From contig OZ218778.1 of NCBI GenBank assembly GCA_965112635.1, positions 384,001-448,000 of the forward strand: a DNA stretch of 64,000 nt, given 5' to 3'. This stretch comes from an uncultured bacterium (GTDB lineage: Bacteria > Oederibacteriota > Oederibacteriia > Oederibacteriales > Oederibacteriaceae). Position numbers and translations under genes: made by a program. The notes under the pieces are model-generated. The model worked only from the letters and a program-made list of their open reading frames with translations. It searched no databases and was not told where the DNA came from. This document shows, in pieces, positions 1 through 10,825 of the stretch (positions are counted from its first letter, which is position 1; the number at the start of each line of letters is the position of its first letter).

Positions 1-989
1 ATCCGTCCCTGGATGCGTTCGAATGCCTTGCCCACATCGCCGTCACCAAAGGTCGCGGCCACGTCAAAATAATCCGAGGCTTTGGTCATATACAGATATG
101 AATTGGCGTCGAACCGCTCCACGAACACGGTCCCTTGGTGGTCCAGGTAACTTTCCACCTGGAACTCCTTGTCAAAGGCGTAGCTGAACTCCTCTTTGGG
201 ATTGAGCATCCGTCGCCCGAATTTGGCGTGCATGGACTCATCCGACAGATAAGTGATATGCCCGATCATCCGGGCCACGGCCAGGCCTTCGGCCGGTGAT
301 GTTTTTTCATAATAGTCGCCGTTATTGAAATTCTTGTCGTTAAGGATGCTGTTCCGCCCCACCTCGTTGAACGCTATACCCTGGGCGGATAACCGGCTCG
401 TGGCCGCGATGACCAGGGCCGACCTGACGACCTGCGGATAACGCAAGGCCCAGTCCAAAGCCTGCATCCCGCCGATGGAACCTCCGGCCACGGCCAAGAG
501 CCTTTCTATCCCCAGAAAATCAAGGAGCTTTTTTTGGACCTTTACCATATCGCCGATAGTGACTACCGGAAAATCCAGGCCGTAGGGCTTGCCCGTCTTG
601 GGGTTGATCGAGGACGGCCCGGTCGTGCCGGAACACCCCCCCAAAACATTGGAACAAACCACGAAATACTTGTTGGTGTCAAAGGCTTTTCCAGGTCCGA
701 CCGCGTCCTCCCACCAGCCGGGCTTTTTGCCCAGTTCGCCGTGGAACCCCGCCACATGGGCGCTGCCGGAAAGGGCGTGGCAGATCAGGATGGCGTTGTT
801 CTTCTCGTTGTTGAGCGTCCCGTAGGTCTCATAAGCCACGGTGATGGGTCCGAACTTGATGCCGGAATCCAGCTCCAGAAACTCCTCTTCCTTTTCGGCG
901 AAGGTTAAAGATTTGGTTTCTACGACCCCGACCGTGTTCTTGGTATCAAAATCCCTTTTGATTGTTTTTTTCTTCTTCTTCAATGCCAT
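1..989 (-). CDS. metX: homoserine O-acetyltransferase (3' end runs off the window)
   Basis: Manual translation from ATG at 989: MALKKKKK...[29 protein letters not shown]...[10 protein letters not shown]...[17 protein letters not shown]. These are MetX family motifs. Absent from the ORF track because it is truncated. Confidence 0.92.
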   Translation of the reverse strand, partial: MALKKKKKTIKRDFDTKNTVGVVETKSLTFAEKEEEFLELDSGIKFGPITVAYETYGTLNNEKNNAILICHALSGSAHVAGFHGELGKKPGWWEDAVGPGKAFDTNKYFVVCSNVLGGCSGTTGPSSINPKTGKPYGLDFPVVTIGDMVKVQKKLLDFLGIERLLAVAGGSIGGMQALDWALRYPQVVRSALVIAATSRLSAQGIAFNEVGRNSILNDKNFNNGDYYEKTSPAEGLAVARMIGHITYLSDESMHAKFGRRMLNPKEEFSYAFDKEFQVESYLDHQGTVFVERFDANSYLYMTKASDYFDVAATFGDGDVGKAFERIQGR

Positions 990-1017
990 CTTGTTCTCTT
1001 CTCCGCGATTTTCTTCA

Positions 1018-1046
1018 ATTATACTAGCTGAACTTTATTTAGTCCA
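1018..1046 (-). promoter_or_regulatory. sigma70-type promoter of metX
   Basis: Minus strand TGGACT-17 bp-TATAAT, about 30 nt upstream of the metX ATG. Confidence 0.7.
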
Positions 1047-1113
1047 CGCAGAACACCCCGCAGCTCGCCCTCAAGGTGCGTGCGCATGAGCGCATGCTGC
1101 GGGGATGAATGCG
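1047..1113. mobile_element. IS200/IS605-type terminal hairpin (REP/PATE-like remnant)
   Basis: CGCA-gaaca-CCCCGCAGC ... GCTGCGGGG-atgaa-TGCG inverted repeat enclosing two small hairpins. Resembles IS200/IS605 subterminal palindromes. No transposase nearby. Confidence 0.45.
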
Positions 1114-1226
1114 CCTATAAAGCTGCAAGCGACTTCTATGAGCAAACAGCTTTCCTTACTAAAGAGTGGGTTTGGGAGAGGTTACTCTCCCATGTCAATG
1201 ACACGCTCAAGCTTGTGAGCTGTAAT

Positions 1227-2303
1227 TCATTTTTTCTCAAAAAGTTTCAAATATTGGCCGTACCCTTCTTTGACCAGATCCTCTCTGGGAATGAATCTTA
1301 GCGACGCCGAGTTTATGCAGTATCTCAGTCCAGTGGGCTGTGGCCCATCGTTAAAAACATGTCCCAGGTGCGAGTCCGCGTTCTTGCTCCTCACTTCGGT
1401 CCGTTCCACTCCGAGCGTCTTATCTTCCTTTTCCACGATATTTTTGGGCTCCAGCGGCCTGATAAAGCTCGGCCAACCGGTCCCTGAATCGAACTTATCT
1501 ATGGAGCTGAACAAAGGCTCCCCCGAAACCACATCCACGTAAATGCCTTCTTTTTTGTTGTTCCAGTAAGCGTTATTGAACGCTGGCTCGGTTTCGCATT
1601 GCTGGGTCACTTCATACTGCATAGGGCTCAATTTCTTCTTGAGAGCCCCCTTGTCCACTTTAGGGGACGGTGTCCCCATGGTTTTCTTCTCCAGCGGATG
1701 TTCAGCCTGGTCACCCCAAACGCCTTTAATGAACTGGTCGCGGCCTGCTCCTAACCGGTATGCTTTATATCTCAAGGGACTCTTTTTATAAAAATCCTGG
1801 TGGTATCCCTCAGCCTCGTAAAATTTCCCGGATGCCAGGATCCGGGTCACAATGGGCTTGGAGAACTTTCCCGACTTGGCTAATGCCTTTTGGGAGGCTT
1901 CAGCCTGTTTCCGTTGTTCTTTACTGTGGTAAAAGATAGCGGACTGGTACTGCGGCCCCCGGTCCACAAATTGCCCGCCCTCATCCGTTGGGTCTATCTG
2001 CGTCCAAAAAACTTCCAACAACTCTGGGTAAGTGATCTTGGCCGGGTCATAAACCACTTGAACCGCTTCGATATGCCCTTTTTCTGCGTAATCCTCGTAA
2101 GTAGGGTCCGGTCCGGTACCGCCGGTATAGCCCGAGACCACCTTGGACACACCTTCCAGTTTCTCAAAAGGCGGCTGCATGCACCAAAAACAACCTCCCG
2201 CAAAGGTAGCCGTCTCAGTCCTGGCGTAGGCTTCGGTAAAGCCTGCCACAAAAATAAATACAAGTAGGCTGGTGAAAGACAGTTCTGCAACATGGCCCAT
2301 CAT
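1227..2303 (-). CDS. msrAB: bifunctional peptide-methionine sulfoxide reductase MsrA/MsrB, exported
   Basis: GGCFWC MsrA motif, HLGHVF and RYCINS MsrB motifs, N-terminal signal peptide. Confidence 0.95.
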   Translation of the reverse strand: MMGHVAELSFTSLLVFIFVAGFTEAYARTETATFAGGCFWCMQPPFEKLEGVSKVVSGYTGGTGPDPTYEDYAEKGHIEAVQVVYDPAKITYPELLEVFWTQIDPTDEGGQFVDRGPQYQSAIFYHSKEQRKQAEASQKALAKSGKFSKPIVTRILASGKFYEAEGYHQDFYKKSPLRYKAYRLGAGRDQFIKGVWGDQAEHPLEKKTMGTPSPKVDKGALKKKLSPMQYEVTQQCETEPAFNNAYWNNKKEGIYVDVVSGEPLFSSIDKFDSGTGWPSFIRPLEPKNIVEKEDKTLGVERTEVRSKNADSHLGHVFNDGPQPTGLRYCINSASLRFIPREDLVKEGYGQYLKLFEKK

Positions 2304-2343
2304 AACGCACCTCTCTTTCTTGCTATCTTTCCTGTTTATCTAA

Positions 2344-3636
2344 TCATCCTAGCGCCTGATTAAGGTCTCCCAAAATGTCGTCGATATTCTCAATCCCTAT
2401 GGAAAGTCGAATTAGGTCAGGAGTGATGCCTCCGGCCAGCTGGTCTTTTTCATTCAACTGCGAATGGGTCGTGGTCGCTGGATGGATAGCTAAACTCTTG
2501 GCATCGCCCACATTGGCCAGGTGGGAGAACAGCCGTAACTTCTCGATGAACTTTTGTCCGGCCTCCTTGCCGCCTTTGATCCCGAACACCACCATACCTC
2601 CGTACCCTTTTTTGAGGTAACGGCTGGCCACCAAGTAGAAAGGATCGTCTTCCAGGCCGGGATAACGCACCCACTTCACCCTGCCGTGCAACTTAAGGAA
2701 CCTGGCTACCTTGAGGGCGTTTTGGCTGTGCCGCTCCATTCTCAAGGGCAGGGTCTCGATCCCCTGCAGGAATATCCACGAATTGTCCGGGGACAGGCAC
2801 GCTCCCAGGTTCCGCAGGGGCACCAGCCTCATCCTGAGGATATAGGCCAACGGGTTCAGATCACCTAGGTCGGAGGAAAACCTCAGATTGTGGTAGCTAG
2901 GTTCCGGCTCGTTAAAAAGCCTGAATTTCTTGTCCGTCCAGTCGAACTTCCCTGAATCCACCACAATGCCGCCGATGGAAGTGCCATGCCCGCCTAGCCA
3001 TTTGGTTAGGGAGTGCACCACGATGTCTACACCATGTTCAATTGGCCTTAAAAGATATGGAGTCGTGAAGGTCGAGTCCGCGATCAAGGGCAGATGGTGC
3101 TTTTTGGCCACCTTGGCCACCGCCTCCAGGTCCACCACATCCAGGGCCGGATTGCCGATGGTCTCCACGAAGATAGCCCGCGTCTTGCTGGTCACTGCCT
3201 TTTCAAAATTTTCGGCCTTAACCGGGTCCACAAAGTTGACCTTGATGTTAAACTGAGGAAAAATGTCGTGGAACATCGTGTAGGTCCCGCCGTAAAGATT
3301 GTTGGCCGAAACCACCTCGTCCCCGGCTCCGCAAATATTAATGATGGCGTAATAGATGGCCGAAGTCCCGGACGACAAAGCCAAAGCCGCCGCGCCGCCT
3401 TCCAAGGCCGCGACCCTTTTCTCCAGAACGTCGGTCGTAGGGTTCATCAGTCTTGTGTAGATATTGCCCAGCTCCTTGAGCGCAAACAGATTGGCCGCGT
3501 GTTCCGTGCTTTTAAAAACATAGGAAGAGGTCCGGTAAACCGGCACCCCCCTGGAAAGCGTGTCCGTTTCAATGGTTTGCCCCGCGTGCAAAGCAAGGGT
3601 GTCAAAACCCGCGTTTTTCCAGTTGAAATCCTTCAT
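2344..3636 (-). CDS. metY: O-acetylhomoserine/O-acetylserine sulfhydrylase (PLP-dependent)
   Basis: IYTRLMNPT, HSLTKWLGGHG (PLP lysine), HLANVGDAKSL, HPATTTHSQL. Confidence 0.93.
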   Translation of the reverse strand: MKDFNWKNAGFDTLALHAGQTIETDTLSRGVPVYRTSSYVFKSTEHAANLFALKELGNIYTRLMNPTTDVLEKRVAALEGGAAALALSSGTSAIYYAIINICGAGDEVVSANNLYGGTYTMFHDIFPQFNIKVNFVDPVKAENFEKAVTSKTRAIFVETIGNPALDVVDLEAVAKVAKKHHLPLIADSTFTTPYLLRPIEHGVDIVVHSLTKWLGGHGTSIGGIVVDSGKFDWTDKKFRLFNEPEPSYHNLRFSSDLGDLNPLAYILRMRLVPLRNLGACLSPDNSWIFLQGIETLPLRMERHSQNALKVARFLKLHGRVKWVRYPGLEDDPFYLVASRYLKKGYGGMVVFGIKGGKEAGQKFIEKLRLFSHLANVGDAKSLAIHPATTTHSQLNEKDQLAGGITPDLIRLSIGIENIDDILGDLNQALG

Positions 3637-3657
3637 GTTCCCTCCTTAGTAGTTTTA

Positions 3658-4593
3658 TTATTCTTCAAATAACCAGGTGCTCAGGTACCTCTCTCCGCTA
3701 TCCGGAGCTATGGTCAGGATGGTCTTGCCCTTATTTTCCGGCCGTTGGGCCAGCTGACACGCCGCCCAGACATTGGCTCCGCCGGAGATGCCGGTTAATA
3801 TCCCCTCTCTCTTAGCCAACATCCGGGAGGTCGCCCCTGCATCCTCATGCTTGACCCTGACGACCTCATCGATCAGGCTTGTCTTGAGCACTCCCGGGAT
3901 AAACCCGGCACCGATCCCCTGTATCTTGTGGGGACCAGGTTTGCCTCCGGATAGGACCGGAGAATCGTTAGGCTCGACTGCCACTACTTTGATCTTGGGG
4001 TTTCTCTCTTTGAGGACCTCCCCGACCCCGGTCAGGGTACCTCCGGTTCCCACCCCGGCCACGAAAAAATCCACTTTGCCTCCGGTATCCTTCCATATTT
4101 CCTCTGCGGTGGTTCTGCGGTGGATATCTGGGTTGGCCGGGTTATTGAATTGCTGGGGCATAAAAGCCTTGGGGTACTTTTTCAACAGTTCTTCTGCCTT
4201 TTCGATCGCCCCCTTCATACCCTTTTCGCCCGGCGTCAGGACTAGCTCTGCCCCGAACACTTTGAGCAAGTTCCGTCGCTCCACGCTCATGGTCTCCGGC
4301 ATGGTGAGGATCAGCTTGTAACCCCTTTGCGCGGCCACAAAAGCCAGGGCAATCCCGGTATTGCCGCTGGTGGGCTCGATGATGACCGTACCCGGGGTCA
4401 GTTGACCCGCCTTTTCCGCAGCCTCGATCATAGCCAGTCCGATCCTGTCCTTAACGCTGCTCATGGGATTAAAGAACTCCAGTTTTAATAGCACCGTAGC
4501 TTCTATTTTATCGGCCTCTCTTGAAAATACCTTGCTGAGCCTAACGAGTGGTGTGTTACCTATCAGTTCTGTGATATTATTCGCAACGGCCAT
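3658..4593 (-). CDS. cysK: cysteine synthase A
   Basis: [47 protein letters not shown]. Confidence 0.96.
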   Translation of the reverse strand: MAVANNITELIGNTPLVRLSKVFSREADKIEATVLLKLEFFNPMSSVKDRIGLAMIEAAEKAGQLTPGTVIIEPTSGNTGIALAFVAAQRGYKLILTMPETMSVERRNLLKVFGAELVLTPGEKGMKGAIEKAEELLKKYPKAFMPQQFNNPANPDIHRRTTAEEIWKDTGGKVDFFVAGVGTGGTLTGVGEVLKERNPKIKVVAVEPNDSPVLSGGKPGPHKIQGIGAGFIPGVLKTSLIDEVVRVKHEDAGATSRMLAKREGILTGISGGANVWAACQLAQRPENKGKTILTIAPDSGERYLSTWLFEE

Positions 4594-4604
4594 AACTCCT
4601 CCTC

Positions 4605-5045
4605 TTAGATCGAATAATTCAATGTTCCTTTTTGTTTTGCCACTTGCTTGCTGATCTCTTCAAAATCCACGTTGTCAATGATGTTGGAGATAGCGCTGTC
4701 CACCTGCTGCCAGTAACCCCTCAGCACGCAGCTGTTGATATGACTACAACCTTTATAATGGTCCGCCACACAGGCAATGGGTTCGGTCGGTCCATCGATA
4801 AAATGGATCACCTCAGCCAGCTTGATCTGGCTGGGCTCTTTGGTCAGGGCATACCCACCTTTTTTACCCCGAACGCTCTGTACGAACTTGGCCCTTTTGA
4901 GCTCGACTAAAATTTGCTCCAGGAACTTTTTGGAAGCATCTATCCTTTTAGCCAGGTCCTGGATGCTCAGGACGCCCTTACCCTTGTTCAAGGCCAGCTC
5001 CAAAATTACTTTTATGGCATAATCGCATTTGTATGTAATTCTCAT
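4605..5045 (-). CDS. Rrf2 family transcriptional regulator (CymR/IscR-like)
   Basis: FLEQIL...LK...[13 protein letters not shown] winged-HTH and three Cys (ACV...GC...SC). Start refined to the ATG at 5045. Confidence 0.9.
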   Translation of the reverse strand: MRITYKCDYAIKVILELALNKGKGVLSIQDLAKRIDASKKFLEQILVELKRAKFVQSVRGKKGGYALTKEPSQIKLAEVIHFIDGPTEPIACVADHYKGCSHINSCVLRGYWQQVDSAISNIIDNVDFEEISKQVAKQKGTLNYSI

Positions 5046-5057
5046 AACCCCACCCCA

Positions 5058-5112
5058 TATCACTACAATCCCTATTGTGATAGTAGTGTATCAGCTCGCT
5101 ATTAAATGTCAA
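5058..5112 (-). promoter_or_regulatory. promoter with palindromic operator, Rrf2-cysK-metY-msrAB operon
   Basis: TTGACA(5112-5107)-16 bp-TACACT(5090-5085). Overlapping inverted repeats CACTAC..GTAGTG (5061-5088) and TATCAC..GTGATA (5058-5082). Confidence 0.6.
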
Positions 5113-5151
5113 TGTGTTTTCACAATCTTGGGTAGGGCTACAAAACCCTGG

Positions 5152-7626
5152 TTAGATCAGCTCAAAACTGGCTTTTAGACCTTGGCTGGAATTGGTTCCT
5201 ACCATGACTCCGTACTCTCCGGGGTCAACAACTTCTTTGGATTCCCGGTTGTAGTAGGACAACTCTCTAGAGGTAAGCTCAAATGTCACTGTCTGGTTTT
5301 TTCCTGCCTTTAAAAATACTCTTTTGAAACCTTTGAGCTCCTTTTTTGGGGCATCCAGTACCGGCCGGCTCAAATAAAGCTGTACGACTTCATCTCCATC
5401 GCGCTTTCCGGTATTTTTTAGTTTCACCGTAACGGCAATCTTGTGGCCGCCCTTTGCTTTCTTGGGGCTGACTTTAAGAGAATTTAATTCAAAGGTAGTG
5501 TAACTCAGACCGTATCCGAACGGAAAAAGAGGTTCTTTTTTGAAATAAAGGTAAGTGGCCCCTTTCCGGATATCATATTCTGTCATGGGCAGCAGGTCAT
5601 TGACCGATTTGTAGAAAGTCACAGGCAGTTTGCCACCGGGGTTCGCGTCCCCGCTCAAAATATCCGCCAAAGCGTTTCCGCTTTCCTCTCCGGCATACCA
5701 CATCTCCAGGATGGCGGGAATGTGCTTCTTTTCCCAATTTAGGGACAGGGGGCTTCCGTTAAAAAGCACCAAGATGACCCTGGGATTGGCTTTGACAACC
5801 CTTTTTAAAAGTTCCTTTTGGACAGCGGGAAGTTCCATGTCTAACCTGTCCCTGCCTTCGCCCTCGACTTCCTCGTCCGTCCCTAGGCAGACAATGGCCG
5901 CATCCGCTTTGGCCGCGATCCGGACGGCCCGCTCCATGTCTTCCTCCGAATAATAGTCCCAGCAAAGTCGGCACTTGCTGTTGGCCCAGCACAAATAACT
6001 TTCAACCCTGATATCGTAGGCTTTACCTGCCTTCAGTTCGACTTCGGCGGCATGGTCCGCTTTGTCAAAGTCGAACATGTAATCAAAGAGCAGTTTATTG
6101 TCCAGATAAAAGGACACATTGGTTTTGCTGAGCGAAGTGAACCTGTATTTCCGGGTGACCGGCGGGATCAGCTTACCGGTCCAACGCATGGACATGGAAT
6201 TGTTCCTGTCGTCTTCAACCTCTTTGGGCAGGGTCGAGTTTTCAATATTTATGACTGTCTCTAATCTTGTTAGCATGGGTTTCCCATTCAGCTTGTCGTT
6301 ATTAAAATATTCCGCCGTAAGTCCGTGTTCTCCGGGTTTGCCGCCATTCGGCACCAGGTACTCGGTCGGGATGACCTTGTCAACAATGTCGCAGCCTTCT
6401 TCATATAGGATCTTGGCTGAACCTGAAAATCTGTCTTTAATGCCTTGCAGCGGTGTCACGGCTTTTACTCCGGATCCGGAATAGTTGCCGAAATAAAGAG
6501 CCTCAGCTTGGGGCCCAATGACCGCCAGAGTTTTGGTTTTTTTGGACAAGGGAAGCATATTCCCTTCATTTTTCAATAAAACACAACCTTTTCTAGCTGT
6601 TTCCCGGGCCAAAGCTCTGTGCCGGGGACCATCCAACACTCGTTCAGGGATCTTGGAATAGGCTACCTTTTGAGGAGGGTCGAACATGCCCAGCAAAAAT
6701 CGTGCCCTGAACAACCTGGCCAAGGCCTTATCGACCTCCTTCTCGGTAATCAGTCCTTCGCGGACAGCCTCCGCCAGATGCGCCTTGTATTCCGAACCGC
6801 ACTCCAGGTCGCAGCCAGCCTTAATAGCCTTGGCTGTGGCTTCGGCCGGGGTCTTGGCATAATGGTGGTGCGACCAGATGTCCGTGATGGCTCCGCAATC
6901 CGAGACCACATAACCGTCGAAACCCCACTCCTCACGCAGGATCTTGGTCAGCATTTTTTCGTTGGCGCAGGCCGGAACGCCGTTGATCTGGTTATAGGAA
7001 CCCATAATGGAATGGGCTCTTGCTTCCGAGACCACGGCCCGGAAATGGGGCAGGTAATAGTTCCTCAGCAAGGGTTCGTCCACGTTGGAAGAACCGGTAT
7101 GCCTCATAACTTCTACGTTATTAAGGGCGAAATGCTTGGGAGTAGCCACGACCTTGAGGTACCGGCGGTCATTGCCCTGCAACCCCTTGACGCAGGCGAC
7201 CGCGATCCGGGAGACCAAATAGGGGTCCTCTCCAAAACCCTCCTGGGTGCGTCCCCAACGGGGGTCGCGCAGGATATTGATGACCGGGCTCCAGTAATCC
7301 AGACCCGACTTACCCTGATGGTGCAAGACCCTGGCCTCGTCAGAGATAGCCGTATTGACCCTATAGACCAGGTCAGGGTCCCACGAGGCGCCTAGGGCGA
7401 TGGCTTGGGGGAAAATCGTGGCCCCCTCTTTCATGACCCCGTGCAGGCATTCGCTCCACCATTCATAGGCGGGAATGTCGAGACGAGGGATAGCGTCAGA
7501 CTTATTGACCATCTGGGAAGCTTTTTCTACCAAGGTCATCCTGGAGATGAGGTCTTTGACCCTCTCTTCCACCGGTCTGGTTGGGTCTTTGTAAACGGGC
7601 TTCTTTGCTTTGCTCGCTTTTCCCAT
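5152..7626 (-). CDS. glycoside hydrolase family 3 (beta-glucosidase/xylosidase) with PA14 and Fn3-like domains
   Basis: RDPRWGRTQEGFGED, KHF, VVSDCGA (nucleophile Asp), PA14 insert, PFGYGLSYT. No signal peptide. Confidence 0.93.
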   Translation of the reverse strand: MGKASKAKKPVYKDPTRPVEERVKDLISRMTLVEKASQMVNKSDAIPRLDIPAYEWWSECLHGVMKEGATIFPQAIALGASWDPDLVYRVNTAISDEARVLHHQGKSGLDYWSPVINILRDPRWGRTQEGFGEDPYLVSRIAVACVKGLQGNDRRYLKVVATPKHFALNNVEVMRHTGSSNVDEPLLRNYYLPHFRAVVSEARAHSIMGSYNQINGVPACANEKMLTKILREEWGFDGYVVSDCGAITDIWSHHHYAKTPAEATAKAIKAGCDLECGSEYKAHLAEAVREGLITEKEVDKALARLFRARFLLGMFDPPQKVAYSKIPERVLDGPRHRALARETARKGCVLLKNEGNMLPLSKKTKTLAVIGPQAEALYFGNYSGSGVKAVTPLQGIKDRFSGSAKILYEEGCDIVDKVIPTEYLVPNGGKPGEHGLTAEYFNNDKLNGKPMLTRLETVINIENSTLPKEVEDDRNNSMSMRWTGKLIPPVTRKYRFTSLSKTNVSFYLDNKLLFDYMFDFDKADHAAEVELKAGKAYDIRVESYLCWANSKCRLCWDYYSEEDMERAVRIAAKADAAIVCLGTDEEVEGEGRDRLDMELPAVQKELLKRVVKANPRVILVLFNGSPLSLNWEKKHIPAILEMWYAGEESGNALADILSGDANPGGKLPVTFYKSVNDLLPMTEYDIRKGATYLYFKKEPLFPFGYGLSYTTFELNSLKVSPKKAKGGHKIAVTVKLKNTGKRDGDEVVQLYLSRPVLDAPKKELKGFKRVFLKAGKNQTVTFELTSRELSYYNRESKEVVDPGEYGVMVGTNSSQGLKASFELI

Positions 7627-7655
7627 TCTATCTCTCCCCTCGAAAAAGATTGGTA

Positions 7656-8693
7656 CTATTTCAAAAGGTCATTGACCTTTACGTGCTCTTTGACCAACTT
7701 GGCCAGCTTTTCGGCCTTGTCGTGGTCATTCTTGGTCAAAAGGACATCCATCTTGTCTATCTGTTTAGCGGTCTCAAAAGTGTCAAAAGGCACCAGCAAC
7801 AGGGGAACCTGTTTGTCCATGACCTTGGCAATAATATTAGCCGGAGGCAGAATGTTGTTGGTCAAAATGATGCCCGCCACGTGTCCCTCCAGAGCGGCTA
7901 GGACTATATCGTTGCGGTCTCCGCTGGTGATGAGCAGGGTCTTATCCCTATGGAGCAGTATATCCATGAACCTGGAATCCGAGGTCATGGCTCCCACTAG
8001 GATATTTTTAATCACTTGGCCCATCATATTTTCCCCGCCCACGACCTTGGCGAAAAGGCGTTCCCCGATGTATTCCACGGTCGGGAAGGTCAATTCCGTT
8101 TCATAAGGTAGGATCCCCAGTATCTTGATCCCGGCCTTTTTCAGCTCCTCCAGGTAGGTGGTCCTAAAATCCTCTTTGTCCTGGACCTTATTGATGACCA
8201 CCCCTGCAAAATCCACCTCTTTAAAATCCACGTTCTTTTGCAGGGACAACAGGTCGTCCATCAGTTCGCTGTCGCTCCCGCTGGCCAGGATGACCAGCTT
8301 GGCCTTGAGGTATTTGGCGATGGACAGGGCGTCCAGATGCACGGACATCCCGTAGTTCATGTCCCGCCCCGCCTCCACGAACAGAACTTCCTTGCCCTTG
8401 CCGATGGTTTTGGCCAGCTCGATGACTTTTTCCCTGGTGGTCTGCTGGTCCAGCGAGAATTTCATCTTGGAATGTTCAAATCCCAGCGACATTTCCTCCG
8501 GAACCTCGGTCAGGCCCAAAAGGTTCGTGACCAGGGCGGAGTCGTAGTCCCACAGCCTTTTCTTTTTATACAGCAGACGGTCCCCGAACGGCTTCATGTA
8601 GCCGCAGCTCCTCCCGGCCGCCTTGGCCAGCCCCACGATAAAGCTCGTTTTGCCGGCGTTCGGTCTTAAGGATGCGATAACGATATGATTCAT
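7656..8693 (-). CDS. BioD-like/DRTGG domain protein (N-terminal module of phosphotransacetylase)
   Basis: P-loop NAGKT, GYMKP, ITSGDRND (DRTGG). No Pta catalytic domain. Confidence 0.85.
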   Translation of the reverse strand: MNHIVIASLRPNAGKTSFIVGLAKAAGRSCGYMKPFGDRLLYKKKRLWDYDSALVTNLLGLTEVPEEMSLGFEHSKMKFSLDQQTTREKVIELAKTIGKGKEVLFVEAGRDMNYGMSVHLDALSIAKYLKAKLVILASGSDSELMDDLLSLQKNVDFKEVDFAGVVINKVQDKEDFRTTYLEELKKAGIKILGILPYETELTFPTVEYIGERLFAKVVGGENMMGQVIKNILVGAMTSDSRFMDILLHRDKTLLITSGDRNDIVLAALEGHVAGIILTNNILPPANIIAKVMDKQVPLLLVPFDTFETAKQIDKMDVLLTKNDHDKAEKLAKLVKEHVKVNDLLK

Positions 8694-8695
8694 AA

Positions 8696-10825
8696 CTAAC
8701 CCTGCCTCTCTGAAAGCATGACCCTAACATCGACGGCCCGCGAGCCCTGCCCCTGTTCGTAAACCACCAGGGGGTTGATCTCGATGTCGGAGATGCTTTC
8801 GCATTGTGTGATGATGGTGCTGATCTTCATGATGATTTCGATGACGCTGTCCAAGTCTTTTTGTTCCTCGCCCCGGACACCCAGCAAAAGCTTGTAGGAT
8901 TTGATCTGCTGGATCATGCTCAACGCTTCCCTGCGGTTCATGGGCACGGAGCGGAACGCCACGTCGTGCATGACCTCCACATAGATTCCGCCCTGGCCGC
9001 ACATGACGATGGGACCCAGCGACCTGTCTCGTTTGGCGCCTACGATGAGTTCCACGCCCGGCAGGACCATTTCGGCCACCTCGACCCCGTCGATCCTGGC
9101 GTCCGGCTTGAAATTTCTGCAATTGTGAAGGATAGCCTGGTAGGCGTCGATCACCTCGTTCTTGTTATTAAGATCAAGGGCCACGCCTCCAGCATCGCTT
9201 TTGTGGAGGATATCACGGGAAACCACTTTTAAAACCACGGGATATCCGATGCCCTCGCTGAGCCTGACCGCCTCTTCCAGATTTTTGGCGATGGCGCTCT
9301 TGGGAAACCCAATCCCTGCAGCTTTAAGGACCTCTTGTCCTTCATTGGCCAGGAGAAAGTTGCGCTTATCTTGGCGGGCCTTTTCCACGATATTTGTGAT
9401 CCCCTGGGCATCAATGGGGACTTCTTCTGCTTGGTCCCTGCTCTCTTTAATGTAGTGGTAGTACCTGTAAAGGGCTCCCAGGCAATAAACACCGTCATAG
9501 ACATCGGTGAAAGCGTGAATATTCTTTACCCTCAGCTCATCCACGCACCGGTCCGCATCCTCCCCTCCAAAGAGGGAGACCAGGAAGGGCTTGTTTCTTT
9601 CCAGGCACAACGCGCTGTTCTTCTGGACAATCCTGCTGAACTCGTTCATATCCAGGACGGCGGTCTCGCAATACAGGGCCATGACAGCGTGGATATTCTC
9701 GTTTTTCAAGACGACCGACAAAGCGGCGTTGTAATCCTGGGGGTTGGCCGCACCAGTGAGGTCAATGGGGTTTTTCGCCGACCCAAAATCCTGGATGATC
9801 TTACCGAACATCTCTTTGAGGGCCTGGGAATTGTCATACAGCTTGACGTTGTACTTTTCACAGGCGTCCGTAGCCATCACGCCAATCCCTCCCCCGTTGG
9901 TCACGATGAGCGTATTTTCCCCTTTGGGCATGGGGACGTTGGAAAAGAACTTGCACAAGTTGATGGCTTGCTGGAAATTTTCAGCCCGCATCACGCCGCA
10001 TTGCCTGATGACATCGTCAAAAATATCGTCGGACCCGGCCAAAGCCCCGGTATGCGAAGCCGCCGCGATGGCCCCTCTTTTTGATCTGCCTGACTTGATG
10101 ACCACCACGGGCTTGACCTTGGTCGCGGCCCTCAAAACCTGGATCAATCTCTGCCCGTTACTGATGCCCTCCATATAAAGCATGATGACCTTGGTGGATT
10201 CGTCTTTGACCAGGTATTCCAGGAGGTCCGCTTCGTCGATATCGGATTTATTTCCCACGGAAATGATGGCCGAGGCGCCCATATGTTCCACCCAGGTCTT
10301 GCCGATCATCCCTATCCCCAGGGCTCCGCTCTGGGTGATGATGGCGACCACGCCCCGGGAGACTTTACTGGGGCCAAAGGTGGCATTGAGGGAGGTCTTG
10401 GCGGAGTAGACCCCGAAAATATTGGGTCCGATGATGCGCATCCCGTGTTCCCGGGCGAACTGAACGATAGCCTGCTCTTCTTTATTGTTCCCTATCTCCG
10501 AAAACCCCGAGGAGATCACGGGGATGAATTTCGCTTTTTTCTTGGCGCACTCCTGGACGGCCCCCATGACCAGCTGAGCGGGAAGGACGATGATAGCCAC
10601 ATCGATATCACCCGGCGCCTCCTGCAGGCTCTTGTACATAGGAAGCCCAAGGACTTCCCCGCCTTTGGGGTTGATGGGAAAGACTTTGCCGGCATATCCT
10701 CCTCCCAGGATATTGGACACGATCTTGTAGCCTATTTTCTCCTGGCTGGCCGAAGCTCCGATGACGGCCACGGACTGTGGCTCAAAAAGGATTTTGATAT
10801 CGGGCATTTGTTTCTCAGCGCTCAT
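8696..10825 (-). CDS. acetate--CoA ligase (ADP-forming), fused alpha/beta
   Basis: CoA-binding VAVIGAS, SHTGALAG phospho-His, NPIDLTG, ATP-grasp HKSDAGGV and EINPL. Confidence 0.9.
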   Translation of the reverse strand: MSAEKQMPDIKILFEPQSVAVIGASASQEKIGYKIVSNILGGGYAGKVFPINPKGGEVLGLPMYKSLQEAPGDIDVAIIVLPAQLVMGAVQECAKKKAKFIPVISSGFSEIGNNKEEQAIVQFAREHGMRIIGPNIFGVYSAKTSLNATFGPSKVSRGVVAIITQSGALGIGMIGKTWVEHMGASAIISVGNKSDIDEADLLEYLVKDESTKVIMLYMEGISNGQRLIQVLRAATKVKPVVVIKSGRSKRGAIAAASHTGALAGSDDIFDDVIRQCGVMRAENFQQAINLCKFFSNVPMPKGENTLIVTNGGGIGVMATDACEKYNVKLYDNSQALKEMFGKIIQDFGSAKNPIDLTGAANPQDYNAALSVVLKNENIHAVMALYCETAVLDMNEFSRIVQKNSALCLERNKPFLVSLFGGEDADRCVDELRVKNIHAFTDVYDGVYCLGALYRYYHYIKESRDQAEEVPIDAQGITNIVEKARQDKRNFLLANEGQEVLKAAGIGFPKSAIAKNLEEAVRLSEGIGYPVVLKVVSRDILHKSDAGGVALDLNNKNEVIDAYQAILHNCRNFKPDARIDGVEVAEMVLPGVELIVGAKRDRSLGPIVMCGQGGIYVEVMHDVAFRSVPMNRREALSMIQQIKSYKLLLGVRGEEQKDLDSVIEIIMKISTIITQCESISDIEINPLVVYEQGQGSRAVDVRVMLSERQG

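Noticed and set aside
990-1226. SAM/T-box riboswitch upstream of metX
   Set aside because: No SAM-I core (ATC..GAG, GCAACC, GTGC) or T-box motif, and the promoter is only about 30 nt from the start, leaving no room for one.
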